Of a DNA stretch of 64,000 nt, positions 28,987 through 38,585 are shown piece by piece. Origin of the DNA: Bacteroidales bacterium (lineage in GTDB: Bacteria > Bacteroidota > Bacteroidia > Bacteroidales > UBA1402); assembly GCA_017380635.1 (NCBI GenBank), contig JAFODP010000008.1:49199-113198 (forward strand). Reading direction: 5' to 3'. The notes under the pieces are model-generated. The model worked only from the letters and a program-made list of their open reading frames with translations. It had not been told where the DNA came from and did no database searches. Positions within the stretch are counted from its first letter, which is position 1; each line of letters opens with the position of its first letter. The translations under genes and the position numbers were made by a program.

Positions 28987-30913
28987 GAAGTTTTGGCTGT
29001 GTTTATTGTGTTGTTGGATGAGCTATGGCAACTTGCTTGCGCAAGATTTTGAGAGCTACTTGGAAGATTATGCGGAAGTGCTTGGCGAAGACAACCTGAG
29101 CCACCTATACGATGAACTTCTCTTCCTGTGGGAAAATCCTATCGATTTGAACCATTGCAAAGAGGAAGATCTTCAGGAATTGTTCATGCTGACACCCCAA
29201 GAAAAAGAGGCCTTGCTCGATTATCTAACACGTTACCGACCTTTGGATGCTGTGGCCGAATTGCTTTTGGTGAAAGGATGGACAGCGCTCAGTTTGCAGA
29301 AAGTGAGATCTTTCGTCTGCGTAAGCGATGCGGACAAAGCTGAGGATCGGCATCATACACCTGGCATCGGTGCTTGGCAAGTGAAGCAAAAGCTGAATTA
29401 TCGCATCGGAGAAGGGGTGAGAGACAGCGCATATCGTGGTAGTATCCTGAGTCATTCTTACCAGTTGTCCTATCGGCAGCATCAGCACTTGCGTGCAGCT
29501 TTCTGTTTTGACAAGGACGAAGGTGAAGTGTGGGGCGATCATAGCGGCGGTTACGTGGAAATCGGCAAGTACAAAGCGCTGCAACAACTGATTTTGGGCG
29601 ATTACCGAGCTTATTTCGGTCAGGGATTGGTGTTTTCGGGGGCTTTATTCGGTGGAAAGAGCCATGCCGGCACTTCTCTGCTGAACAGGAACAAAGTGTT
29701 TCGCGCACAGAATTCCTATGCCGAAAGCAACTATTTGAGAGGAATTGCTGCGTTGGTGGATGCGCCGACTTTGCCTTCTGCCAAGAAAGCGTCTGTGGCG
29801 ATAAGTGCAGCCTGGCAAAGGATAGATTGCAACCTGAAAGACAGTGTTTTCAGCTCGATAAAAACGGACGGGAAGCATGCCTACGAAAAGGACATGTATA
29901 AACGAAAGAATGTCTGGCAATTGACATCTGCTTTGCGCTACGAGTCGATGCATGAGCAGTTTCAATGGGCACTAAACGGATTGTTTTATCATTTCAGTCA
30001 TGCTTGGATGCCGGAATGGCAAGCCTACAACAATTACTATTTTCGTGGCAAGGTGGGCGCAAATTTCTCGGTAGACTGGCGATGGCGCTGGAAACAATGT
30101 TTTCTGGGTGGAGAGTATGCTTTAGACCATAACGGACAAAAGGCTTTCATTATGCACCTGAATGCCAAACCGCATGGAGACATCAATCTGTTTGCGTCAT
30201 TACGGCGTTTTCAGCGAGCTTATCAAGCGCCTTTTGCGATGACTTTCAGCGAGAAAAGCATGGTAAGCAATGAAGAGGGTTTGTTTCTGTCTGCCGATTT
30301 CCGAATGCTGCGACACTGCATTGTGCGCTGTTATGTGGACGCTTATCGTTTTCCGTGGTTGCGTTACGGTGTTTCTGCACTGAGTGTCGGTTGGGACGCA
30401 CAAATAGAATCCGAGTGGAGGATTGATAAGATGTTCAGCATCAAGTGGCGACACAAAGCGAAACATCAACAAAAGAATGTGGCTGCAGACTTGTCAGGAA
30501 TTGGCGTACGGCCTTTGCAACAACTGTGCACGCAATCGGGACGTGTACAGCTAATGATGACATCGGAAGAATTTAGGCTCCAGTCGTCGCTGCTATATGC
30601 CACAAGTGAGAAAAAAAGGGCTTGTTGCTTTTCGCAAGAACTGCGTTACCAACAAAGGAATAGTCGCTTGAGTTGCTTTTTGCAACATGCGGTTTTCGAC
30701 GGAGATCAGGGCTTGAGCACCTATCTTTATTCTAACGATTTGGCGGGCGGAATGCCTTTTGTCAATCTAAGTGGAAAAGGTCAAATGACAAGTCTTATGC
30801 TGAAATACCAATGTTCGAAGTACTGTCAGTGGCAGCTACGCGTGCGACATCAAGCTTATCACGAAAAAAACGCTCTGACAAGCCTTGGCATGCTTCTTAC
30901 ATTTAAGTTTTGA
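28979..30913 (+). CDS. Outer-membrane protein with N-terminal degenerate ComEA-like helix-hairpin-helix domain and C-terminal beta-barrel
   Basis: Signal peptide ...YGNLLA/QD. PIDLNHCKEEDLQELFMLTPQEKEALLDYLTRYRPLDAVAELLLVKGWTALSLQKVRSFV aligns by eye to the ComEA pattern iNiNtA..eeL..LpGIG...A..Ii.yR...G.F....eL..VkGIG.k..ekik. The two GIG hairpins are replaced by LTP and KGW. The C-terminus ...GMLLTFKF is a classical OMP beta-signal. Confidence 0.55.
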   Translation: MNKKFWLCLLCCWMSYGNLLAQDFESYLEDYAEVLGEDNLSHLYDELLFLWENPIDLNHCKEEDLQELFMLTPQEKEALLDYLTRYRPLDAVAELLLVKGWTALSLQKVRSFVCVSDADKAEDRHHTPGIGAWQVKQKLNYRIGEGVRDSAYRGSILSHSYQLSYRQHQHLRAAFCFDKDEGEVWGDHSGGYVEIGKYKALQQLILGDYRAYFGQGLVFSGALFGGKSHAGTSLLNRNKVFRAQNSYAESNYLRGIAALVDAPTLPSAKKASVAISAAWQRIDCNLKDSVFSSIKTDGKHAYEKDMYKRKNVWQLTSALRYESMHEQFQWALNGLFYHFSHAWMPEWQAYNNYYFRGKVGANFSVDWRWRWKQCFLGGEYALDHNGQKAFIMHLNAKPHGDINLFASLRRFQRAYQAPFAMTFSEKSMVSNEEGLFLSADFRMLRHCIVRCYVDAYRFPWLRYGVSALSVGWDAQIESEWRIDKMFSIKWRHKAKHQQKNVAADLSGIGVRPLQQLCTQSGRVQLMMTSEEFRLQSSLLYATSEKKRACCFSQELRYQQRNSRLSCFLQHAVFDGDQGLSTYLYSNDLAGGMPFVNLSGKGQMTSLMLKYQCSKYCQWQLRVRHQAYHEKNALTSLGMLLTFKF

Positions 30914-30939
30914 GGTTGCAGACTTTTGTTATACTTTTG
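30909..30939 (+). promoter_or_regulatory. Bacteroidota-type promoter for purD (TTTG-N19-TACTTTTG)
   Basis: TTTG at 30909-30912 and TACTTTTG at 30932-30939, 56 nt upstream of the purD ATG. Confidence 0.6.
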
Positions 30940-30994
30940 CAGACTTGGTCATTTTTACGCAAATACTAAACGCATTTTATAAAAACATATTCCT

Positions 30995-32263
30995 ATGAAT
31001 ATTCTTCTGCTCGGTTCCGGCGGCCGCGAACACGCCTTGGCATGGAAGATTGCCCAAAGTCCTAAAGTTGAAAATCTTTATATTGCTCCGGGTAACGCGG
31101 GCACTTGCTTGGTGGGCAAAAATGTAAACATCAAAGCGGACGATTTTCCCGCATTGAAAGAATTTGCTCTGAGCAATGCCATCGATATGTTGGTGGTGGG
31201 TCCGGAAGATCCGCTGGTGAAAGGTGTTGCCGACTTTTTTGTACAAGACGAAGCATTGAAGCACATTCCGGTGATTGGTCCCTCTAAGAGCGGTGCCCGT
31301 CTGGAAGGAAGCAAGGACTTCTCGAAAGCTTTCATGATGCGTCATAACATTCCTACCGCCGGATACATGAGTGTCAGCGCCGAAAATATCGAAGAAGGTG
31401 TTGCTTTTCTGAAAAGTTTGAAGGCGCCTTACGTGTTGAAAGCCGATGGTTTGGCCGCCGGTAAAGGCGTACTCATTCTGGACGACATCAACGAAGCCAT
31501 TGACGAACTCAAAACCATGTTGGAAGGAAAGTTTGGCGATGCCAGCAAGACCGTTGTCATTGAAGAATTCTTGTCGGGAATTGAATGCTCTGTATTTGTA
31601 GTGACCGACGGCAAGCATTATCAGATTCTGCCCGAAGCCAAAGACTACAAGCGCATCGGCGAAGGCAATGTTGGTTTGAACACTGGTGGTATGGGTGCTG
31701 TTTCACCCGTTCCGTTCGCAGACGAAGTATTCATGAAGAAAGTGGAAGACCGCATTATCCGTCCCACAGTGGAAGGTTTGGCCAGCGAAAACATCGACTA
31801 TAAAGGCTTCATCTTCTTCGGCTTGATCGAAGTGGGCATGGAACCCTACGTGATTGAATACAACGCTCGCATGGGCGACCCTGAAACCGAAGTGGTGATG
31901 TTGCGTCTGAAATCGGATATCGTCGATTTGTTCGAAGGCGTTGCCGAAGGAAATCTCGACAGCAAACAAGTGGAATTCGATGAAAGAGCTGCCGTTACCG
32001 TGATGATGGTATCGGGCGGTTATCCCGAAGCATACGAAAAAGGCAAAGTAATTAGCGGTTTGGAACAAGTTGAAAATAGTGTCGTTTTCCACGCAGGAAC
32101 CAGCTTGAAAGACAATCAGACCCTGAGTGCCGGTGGCCGCGTTTTGGCTGTCAGCTCTTATGGCAAGGATAAAGAAAGTGCACTGGCTCAATCGTACGAA
32201 AACGTCAAGAAGATTCACTTTGACGCTGCTTACTATCGCCGCGATATCGGTTTCGACCTTTGA
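30995..32263 (+). CDS. purD: Phosphoribosylamine--glycine ligase
   Basis: [45 protein letters not shown] and [13 protein letters not shown]. Confidence 0.95.
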   Translation: MNILLLGSGGREHALAWKIAQSPKVENLYIAPGNAGTCLVGKNVNIKADDFPALKEFALSNAIDMLVVGPEDPLVKGVADFFVQDEALKHIPVIGPSKSGARLEGSKDFSKAFMMRHNIPTAGYMSVSAENIEEGVAFLKSLKAPYVLKADGLAAGKGVLILDDINEAIDELKTMLEGKFGDASKTVVIEEFLSGIECSVFVVTDGKHYQILPEAKDYKRIGEGNVGLNTGGMGAVSPVPFADEVFMKKVEDRIIRPTVEGLASENIDYKGFIFFGLIEVGMEPYVIEYNARMGDPETEVVMLRLKSDIVDLFEGVAEGNLDSKQVEFDERAAVTVMMVSGGYPEAYEKGKVISGLEQVENSVVFHAGTSLKDNQTLSAGGRVLAVSSYGKDKESALAQSYENVKKIHFDAAYYRRDIGFDL

Positions 32264-32281
32264 TTCTGCGAAAACGGAAGT

Positions 32282-33196
32282 ATGGCTCATCGGCTGACAC
32301 GTGCGAATTGGTTATGGCAAGTAGCCTTCCTGCTTTTTATGCTAAGCAGTGGGCTATTTGCCTTCTTTCGTAGCGATTTAGCTTGGTGGCGCATCTTATT
32401 GCACGCCGTATTGGTGGGCGGAAATGCCGTTTTATTGCAATTATTGGTAAGACAATTCGAACTATTGGGATCGCTCAGTATTTTCCCGGCCACCATCTAT
32501 TTCCTGTTAAACGCCTTCTGCCCCAACTTCATTCCGGAGCCGCAAGCCTACCTGGCCTCGGCCTGCCTGATGATGACCTGCCTGAGTATTTTCAATTGTT
32601 ATCAGCAGAACGAATGTCGGGTAAAAGTGTACAATGCTTATTTCTTCTTGTGCATGGCAGGCATTTTCATTCCGGGTTTACTGCTACTGATTCCCATCAT
32701 CTGGATCAGCTTCAACCTAATCAACACACTGAATATCAAAAGATGGCTAGCCTCTTTATTGGCCGTCATCACGGTAGTTGGAAGCATCTGCGCCCTGGCC
32801 TTTGTCTTTGATGCCGAACAGCGCCTACTCCTGATTTTCACCCGCAGTGTAGAGAATTTCTATGCCGCCATCTTTCTGAAAGCCGAAGAATGGATATTTC
32901 TGGCCGGCCTAACAGTGCTATCCATCATCGGGATTTTTCACTTTTTGAATCAAGGACAACGCAGCCGACGCAACAGCATTCGCTATTTCAACAGTTTCCT
33001 GATTATCATCGGATTGTTTTGCGTGGCCATGATGTTCCTGTTTTCGCCGCTGCGACATCAATACCTGATTTTGGCCGCACTGCCCTTCTCCATCATTTTG
33101 GGGATGTACTTCAACGACGTGCAACATCTATTCAGCCGAATACTGATAATACTTTCGCTGGCTGTTGGCTGTGTCTATTGTCTGAGTTTTATTTGA
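32282..33196 (+). CDS. Polytopic integral membrane protein (unknown function)
   Basis: 304 aa and hydrophobic throughout, with about 8-9 predicted TM segments. No catalytic motif recognised. Confidence 0.5.
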   Translation: MAHRLTRANWLWQVAFLLFMLSSGLFAFFRSDLAWWRILLHAVLVGGNAVLLQLLVRQFELLGSLSIFPATIYFLLNAFCPNFIPEPQAYLASACLMMTCLSIFNCYQQNECRVKVYNAYFFLCMAGIFIPGLLLLIPIIWISFNLINTLNIKRWLASLLAVITVVGSICALAFVFDAEQRLLLIFTRSVENFYAAIFLKAEEWIFLAGLTVLSIIGIFHFLNQGQRSRRNSIRYFNSFLIIIGLFCVAMMFLFSPLRHQYLILAALPFSIILGMYFNDVQHLFSRILIILSLAVGCVYCLSFI

Positions 33197-34832
33197 CGCG
33201 AATCACCATGCGTTCGCTTGCGCTTTCTTGATGCAGACGGTTGAAAGCGCTGACATGATATACCCACTCTCCGGCATGCGGATGTGAAGGCAAACTAAAA
33301 TACGGCTGACGAACAATGCCCACAATAGCTCGCGGATCTTGCAGATTTTCAGCCTCTCCCAAAGGGAAACGATAGATAACGAAATATTTGGCGCGTTTCA
33401 TTTCTTGACGCGAACGAAGCGTCTTCCATGCCAAATGCGTTCCCTTTTCAAAATCGTAATGCAAGTCCAAAGCGTAAACAGGCTCGGGAAGCACCTGATA
33501 ATCACGGTTGTCGGCGGGAACCAAAGCCGGATAAGCATGCCAGGTATTTTTCAGACTATCACAAACACCGCCATAATCGGCTTCCAACTCGTAAGCCGGA
33601 AAAAAGCAATTGCCCTGCACACCTGCCTGCTCACGCGCTTGTAACATCTTGGCACTCAGCTGATGAGGCTTCATCGTACGAACCACATCCTGACCAATAT
33701 ACATCGCAGCTCCAAAACTGTGATTGGCCCACCATTCAAGCAAAGTACTATAATCGGCAAGCGGATGACCAATTTCCCAATAAAGCTGTGGAATACAATA
33801 ATCTATCCATCCTTCACGCATCCAGGTGAGCGCATCGGCATAAAGATCGTCGTAATTGCTCAGGCCATTCGTGCGACTGCCATCCGGATCTTGTTTCAGA
33901 TTGCGATGAATACCGAAAGGACTGATACCAAAACGCACCCAAGGCTTCTCTTCGCGAATGACACGATGCAAATCGCGCACCAAAGTGTTCACATTGTTTC
34001 GTCGCCAATCGGCCTTCTGCGAAGAAGTAAATCCCTGTGACGCAGCATATTTGGCAAAACTTTTATCGTCGGGAAATTCCAAACCGGCCTGCGGATAAGG
34101 ATAAAAATAATCGTCCATGTGGATACCGTCGATATCGTAATTGCGGACAATCTCGCGCACCACTTTCAGAATATGCTGCTGCGACTCGGGCAAACCCGGA
34201 TCCAACCAAAGACTGCGTCCGTAATGCAACATCAAATGACGGTTCTTGCGCACGAAAGGCTCCTTATAATCAGCCTCTTTCACCGTCAACTTGACACGAT
34301 AAGGATTAATCCAGGCATGAATATCCATATTGCGACGATGACAAGCTTCGGTAAGATAAAAGAGCGGATCCCAGCCGGGGTTCTTGCCTTGCTTGCCCGT
34401 GATAAAGCAACTCCAAGGCTCGTAGGACGATTTATACCAGGCATCGCATTGCGGACGCACCTGAAACAACACCACATTGATACCGGCACTTTGCAGACTA
34501 TCCAGCAGATTCTCAAAATAAATCATCATCTGGAAGTCGGTCATCTGCGCATACTTAGTTTGGTTGATGGTACTGATCCACGCACCTCGAAATTCCGCTT
34601 TCGGCGGAAGCACAGACTCCGTTGAAACCGAAGCAGACAAAGACAAAGCAGAAGCAGACACCGAAGCCGAAGCTGAAACCGAAACCGAAACCGCCGAAGA
34701 CGAAGCAGAAGCAGAAGCTGACGCAGACGAAGCAGAAGCTGACGCCGCCGAAGACGAGGAAGCCGAGGCCGGTAATAAAGTCATCAGCGAAAGCAAAATC
34801 GTAAGTATCAGACTTTTACCATTCATAAACAT
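33189..34832 (-). CDS. Glycoside hydrolase-like family 10 (GHL10/DUF187, YngK-type) secreted protein
   Basis: FRGAWISTINQ..., TIM-barrel-like blocks IDGIHMDDYFYP and GISPFGI. Start taken at ATG 34832 (MFMNGKSLILTILLSLMTLLPASA). The track's extension to 34898 would overlap rnz. Confidence 0.7.
   Translation of the reverse strand: MFMNGKSLILTILLSLMTLLPASASSSSAASASASSASASASASSSAVSVSVSASASVSASALSLSASVSTESVLPPKAEFRGAWISTINQTKYAQMTDFQMMIYFENLLDSLQSAGINVVLFQVRPQCDAWYKSSYEPWSCFITGKQGKNPGWDPLFYLTEACHRRNMDIHAWINPYRVKLTVKEADYKEPFVRKNRHLMLHYGRSLWLDPGLPESQQHILKVVREIVRNYDIDGIHMDDYFYPYPQAGLEFPDDKSFAKYAASQGFTSSQKADWRRNNVNTLVRDLHRVIREEKPWVRFGISPFGIHRNLKQDPDGSRTNGLSNYDDLYADALTWMREGWIDYCIPQLYWEIGHPLADYSTLLEWWANHSFGAAMYIGQDVVRTMKPHQLSAKMLQAREQAGVQGNCFFPAYELEADYGGVCDSLKNTWHAYPALVPADNRDYQVLPEPVYALDLHYDFEKGTHLAWKTLRSRQEMKRAKYFVIYRFPLGEAENLQDPRAIVGIVRQPYFSLPSHPHAGEWVYHVSAFNRLHQESASERMVIRVK
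34610..34765 (-). repeat. Ser/Ala(/Val) low-complexity linker encoded by trinucleotide-type repeats
   Basis: Encodes SSSSAASASASSASASASASSSAVSVSVSASASVSASALSLSASVSTESV directly after the signal peptide. The plus strand shows reiterated gaagc(a/t)ga units. Confidence 0.85.
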
Positions 34833-35730
34833 CACCCTCCTGTGCAGCAAAACTTGATGGAAAAACACTTCGTGCCTCGTCCAACAAAACTTTTTCATCG
34901 GGATAACGAGCCGAATAATGACCGAGAATCAATTTTTCCACAGCAGCGGCCTTGGCAATCTGAGCCGCCTGCAAAGCCGTGGAATGTTGGGTATATTCCG
35001 CCAAAGACAAATGTTCCTGAGAAAAAGTTGCTTCGTGATAGAGCATTTGCACACCTTGTAAATAAGGAATAAGTTTCTCATTATAAGCCGTATCTGAGCA
35101 ATAAGCATAAGACTTGGGAGCCTCAGCCTCGCGTACCAAAAATCGATTTGGAATCACTTCGCCATCGGGCGTTACGAAATCAGCACCTGCTTTAATGGCC
35201 GGATATTGCGGCAATGGAATCTGATAAAAATCGGCTTTATCCTTGATAATGTGCGGCATACGAGGCTTTTCCTTAATAAGAAAACCGGTGGAACAAACTC
35301 GATGAATCAAAGGCAAAGTGTAGACTTCCCAATTGCGATCCTCGTAAATGAGCGCATATTCCCGAGGGTTAAATGGCTGAAACTGAACCTCAAACTTATT
35401 TTCGCGACAGAAATAATCCATCTGCGGACGAATCAAAGCCTCCAAATCGGGATGAGCATGAATGCGCAAAGGCGCCGTCCGACCCAGCAAACTCAACGTT
35501 GAAATCAGGCCAATCAGACCAAAACAATGGTCGCCATGCAAATGCGAAATAAACACATCGCTTATCTGATTGTAATTGAGCCGAGTCTTACGAAACTGAA
35601 GCTGCGTACCTTCGCCACAATCTATCATAAACAACTTACCTCGCAAGTCGAGAACCTGCGAGGATAAGTGATGTTTACTGGTCGGTAAAGCCGAACCACA
35701 ACCCAAGATATGGAGTTTGATTTTGCTCAC
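34816..35730 (-). CDS. rnz: Ribonuclease Z
   Basis: Metallo-beta-lactamase motif ISHLHGDHCFGL. N-terminus KLHILGCGSALPT. 304 aa. Confidence 0.92.
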   Translation of the reverse strand: MSKIKLHILGCGSALPTSKHHLSSQVLDLRGKLFMIDCGEGTQLQFRKTRLNYNQISDVFISHLHGDHCFGLIGLISTLSLLGRTAPLRIHAHPDLEALIRPQMDYFCRENKFEVQFQPFNPREYALIYEDRNWEVYTLPLIHRVCSTGFLIKEKPRMPHIIKDKADFYQIPLPQYPAIKAGADFVTPDGEVIPNRFLVREAEAPKSYAYCSDTAYNEKLIPYLQGVQMLYHEATFSQEHLSLAEYTQHSTALQAAQIAKAAAVEKLILGHYSARYPDEKVLLDEARSVFPSSFAAQEGDVYEW

Positions 35731-35738
35731 CTATTTAA

Positions 35739-37142
35739 TTAGAATTCAGCGTTACGCGGCGTTCTGGGGAAAGGAATCACGTCGCGGATATTCGACATAC
35801 CCGTTACGAAAAGCAACAATCTTTCAAAACCAAGACCGAAACCGGCATGAGGACAAGAACCATAACGACGGGTATCGAGATACCACCACATATCTTTCAT
35901 GGGGATATTCATTTCTTCGATACGGGTCATCAGCTTGTCGTAATTTTCTTCACGCACGCTACCGCCAATGATTTCGCCAATCTGCGGGAAGAGAACGTCG
36001 GTACCTTGTACGGTTTTGCCATCTTCGTTCTGCTTCATGTAGAAAGCCTTGATTTCCTTGGGATAATCGGTCATGATGACGGGCTTCTTGAAATATTCTT
36101 CCACCAAATAACGTTCATGTTCAGAAGCTAAATCGCAACCCCAATACACAGGGAATTCAAACTTCTGGCCATTGGCTACAGCCTTTTCCAAAATAGAAAT
36201 ACCTTCGGTGTAAGGCAAACGAACGAATTCTGTATCAACTACCGACTGCAAGCGTTCCAACAAACCCTTGTCGATCATCTTGTTGAGGAATTCCAAATCG
36301 TCTTTGCAATTGTCCAATGCCCAACGAACACAATACTTGATGAAGTCTTCTTCCAAATCCATCAAATCGTCCTTGTCGGCGAAAGCCACTTCGGGTTCAA
36401 CCATCCAGAACTCGGCCAAGTGACGAGGCGTGTTAGAATTTTCAGCACGGAAAGTAGGACCAAAAGTATAGATCTGACCCAAAGCCGTAGCTGCCAATTC
36501 GCCTTCCAACTGACCCGACACCGTCAAGCTGGCCTGTTTGCCAAAGAAGTCGCTGTCGTAAATAATGGAGCCGTTTTCATCTTTCTTCAAATCGTAGAGA
36601 TTCATCGTGGTTACCTGGAACATCTGACCGGCACCTTCGCAATCGGAAGCGGTGATGATAGGCGTATGGAAATAGAAGAAACCTCTTTCGTGGAAATATT
36701 GATGAATGGCGATGGCCATGTTGTGGCGGATACGAAGCACCGCGCCGAAAGTATTGGTACGAGGACGCAAATGCGCAATGCTACGCAAATATTCCATCGA
36801 GCAACCTTTCTTCTGCAAAGGATAAGTATTGTCGCAAGTACCCAGCACTTCAATTTCACGAGCCTGGATTTCAACAGCTTGGCCGCTACCAGGAGAAGCC
36901 GTCAACTCACCGTTCACACTAATACAAGCACCGGTGGTGATATCTTTCAGCGATTCTTCCGAGAAGTTTGCCAAATCGACAACAATCTGAATATTATTGA
37001 TGGTAGAACCGTCGTTAAGGGCAATGAAATTCACTTGCTTGTTGCCGCGGCGGGTACGCACCCAACCTTTGGCATTTACCATGCTGCCATAGTCGTTGCG
37101 TTGCAGCAAATCGACCACTTTGGTTCTTTTAATTTTTTCCAT
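35739..37142 (-). CDS. asnS: Asparagine--tRNA ligase
   Basis: OB-fold N-terminus ([25 protein letters not shown]) and class II motifs [21 protein letters not shown] and [16 protein letters not shown]. Confidence 0.95.
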   Translation of the reverse strand: MEKIKRTKVVDLLQRNDYGSMVNAKGWVRTRRGNKQVNFIALNDGSTINNIQIVVDLANFSEESLKDITTGACISVNGELTASPGSGQAVEIQAREIEVLGTCDNTYPLQKKGCSMEYLRSIAHLRPRTNTFGAVLRIRHNMAIAIHQYFHERGFFYFHTPIITASDCEGAGQMFQVTTMNLYDLKKDENGSIIYDSDFFGKQASLTVSGQLEGELAATALGQIYTFGPTFRAENSNTPRHLAEFWMVEPEVAFADKDDLMDLEEDFIKYCVRWALDNCKDDLEFLNKMIDKGLLERLQSVVDTEFVRLPYTEGISILEKAVANGQKFEFPVYWGCDLASEHERYLVEEYFKKPVIMTDYPKEIKAFYMKQNEDGKTVQGTDVLFPQIGEIIGGSVREENYDKLMTRIEEMNIPMKDMWWYLDTRRYGSCPHAGFGLGFERLLLFVTGMSNIRDVIPFPRTPRNAEF

Positions 37143-37154
37143 AATTATCTGATT

Positions 37155-38555
37155 TTATGCGAATACTCCCATTTTGAGCAAACCAACTTCGCGTTCTGTC
37201 AAATGTCTCCATTTACCGCGAGGAAGATTCTTTTTGGTCAAACCGGCAAAGTACACGCGATCGAGTTTATACACTTTGTAACCGAATTTTTCGAAAATAC
37301 GACGTACTACACGATTTTGGCCTGAGTGAATTTCCAAACCAATCACATTGGGCTTTTCGTTCACGTAGCTAATTTCGTCGATAGCAATCATTTCGCCTTC
37401 CAAATCAACACCTTTGGCAATTTCGTCCATCACTTCCTGAGGCAGATCTTTGTCGAGCGTAGCCTGGTAGATTTTGCGCTTTTCGTATTTGGGATGAGCC
37501 AATTTAGAAGCCAAGTCGCCATCGTTGGTCAGCAAGAGCACACCAGTGGTATTGCGGTCGAGACGACCCACAGGATAAATACGTTCGTAGCAAGCATTCT
37601 TTACCAGATCCATCACGGTAAGACGTTCTTGGGGATCTTCGGAAGTAGTCACACAATCCTTGGGCTTGTTCAAAAGCACATACACCTTACGTTCGATGCG
37701 TACGGGCTGATCGTGGAACATCACCTCGTCGGTAGGCATTACCTTAACACCCAATTCGGTAGCGATTTCGCCATTCACTTTTACCACACCAGCCTGGATA
37801 TATTCATCGGCTTCACGACGAGAACAGATACCTGCGTTAGACAAGAATTTGTTCAAGCGGATAGGCGTTGTGGGATCCAAGTTGGGCGCATATTTAGGTG
37901 CTTTGAAATCGTTTTCGGCCAACCATTCGGGGTTTTCTCTCTTACCACCGATTCTGGGGCGACGAGGACGATCGAAATTATTCTTGTCGAAAGAACGACG
38001 TTCGCCGTTGAAAGAGCGTTCACCATTGAAAGAACGATCTCTGTTGAAGGTACGTTCCTTACCGATAGCACGTTCGTTGTTGTTATACGATTTGCGTTCG
38101 CCACCATTGTACGAGCGACGTTCGCCAAAATTGCGTTCGCCGTTGAAATTGCGTTCGCCACCTTCGTTATTGAAACTGCGACGAGGACGATCGTTGTTGA
38201 AACTTCTGCGTTCGCCAAAATTGCGTTCCGAATTGAAAGAACGTTCACCGCCATTGTACGAGCGACGTTCGCCGAAATTGCGTTCGCCACCTTCGTTATT
38301 GAAACTGCGACGAGGACGATCGTTGTTGAAGCTTCTGCGTTCGCCAAAATTTCGTTCTGAATTGAAAGAACGTTCACCGCCATTGTACGAGCGACGTTCA
38401 CCATAACTGCGTTCGCCACCTTCGCGGAAATTACGACGCGGACGATCAAAATTTCTTTCTCTTCCGTAACTGCTACGGAAATCATTACCTTCACGGCCGG
38501 CATTGTAGGCACCTTCCTCAGGCTTTCCCTGCCATTTTTCGTTTCCAGTTGTCAT
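37155..38555 (-). CDS. rluB: Pseudouridine synthase (RluB/RsuA family) with ~215-aa N-terminal Arg/Gly/Glu/Asn/Ser/Phe-rich repeat extension
   Basis: S4 domain IRLNKFLSNAGICSRREADEYIQAGVVKVNG and catalytic block VGRLDRNTTGVLLLTNDG. The N-terminus is built of GERRSYNGGERSFNSERNFGERRSFNNDRPRRSFNNEGGERNF units. Confidence 0.88.
   Translation of the reverse strand: MTTGNEKWQGKPEEGAYNAGREGNDFRSSYGRERNFDRPRRNFREGGERSYGERRSYNGGERSFNSERNFGERRSFNNDRPRRSFNNEGGERNFGERRSYNGGERSFNSERNFGERRSFNNDRPRRSFNNEGGERNFNGERNFGERRSYNGGERKSYNNNERAIGKERTFNRDRSFNGERSFNGERRSFDKNNFDRPRRPRIGGKRENPEWLAENDFKAPKYAPNLDPTTPIRLNKFLSNAGICSRREADEYIQAGVVKVNGEIATELGVKVMPTDEVMFHDQPVRIERKVYVLLNKPKDCVTTSEDPQERLTVMDLVKNACYERIYPVGRLDRNTTGVLLLTNDGDLASKLAHPKYEKRKIYQATLDKDLPQEVMDEIAKGVDLEGEMIAIDEISYVNEKPNVIGLEIHSGQNRVVRRIFEKFGYKVYKLDRVYFAGLTKKNLPRGKWRHLTEREVGLLKMGVFA
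38090..38409 (-). repeat. 129-bp tandem duplication (~2.5 copies) within the rluB 5' region
   Basis: 38152-38280 and 38281-38409 are near-identical, with a few substitutions over the first ~115 nt. A partial copy precedes them at 38090-38151. The period is 129 nt, i.e. 43 codons. Confidence 0.9.
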
Positions 38556-38585
38556 TGTTTAAGCACTTAAAAATTAATCGATTAA

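Noticed and set aside
34564-34857. Acidic (EADKDKAEADTEAEAE...) and basic (KPKQTKTKQKQ...) ORFs at 34564-34857 and 34622-34804.
   Set aside because: They are the antisense and alternate-frame readings of the Ser/Ala-encoding trinucleotide repeat of the GHL10 gene, so they are artefacts of the low-complexity DNA.
37849-38512. Alternative-frame ORFs inside the rluB repeat region (37849-38406 +, 37853-38512 -).
   Set aside because: They are generated by the 129-bp tandem repeat and are entirely low-complexity. The rluB frame continues without interruption into a recognisable S4/pseudouridine synthase core.
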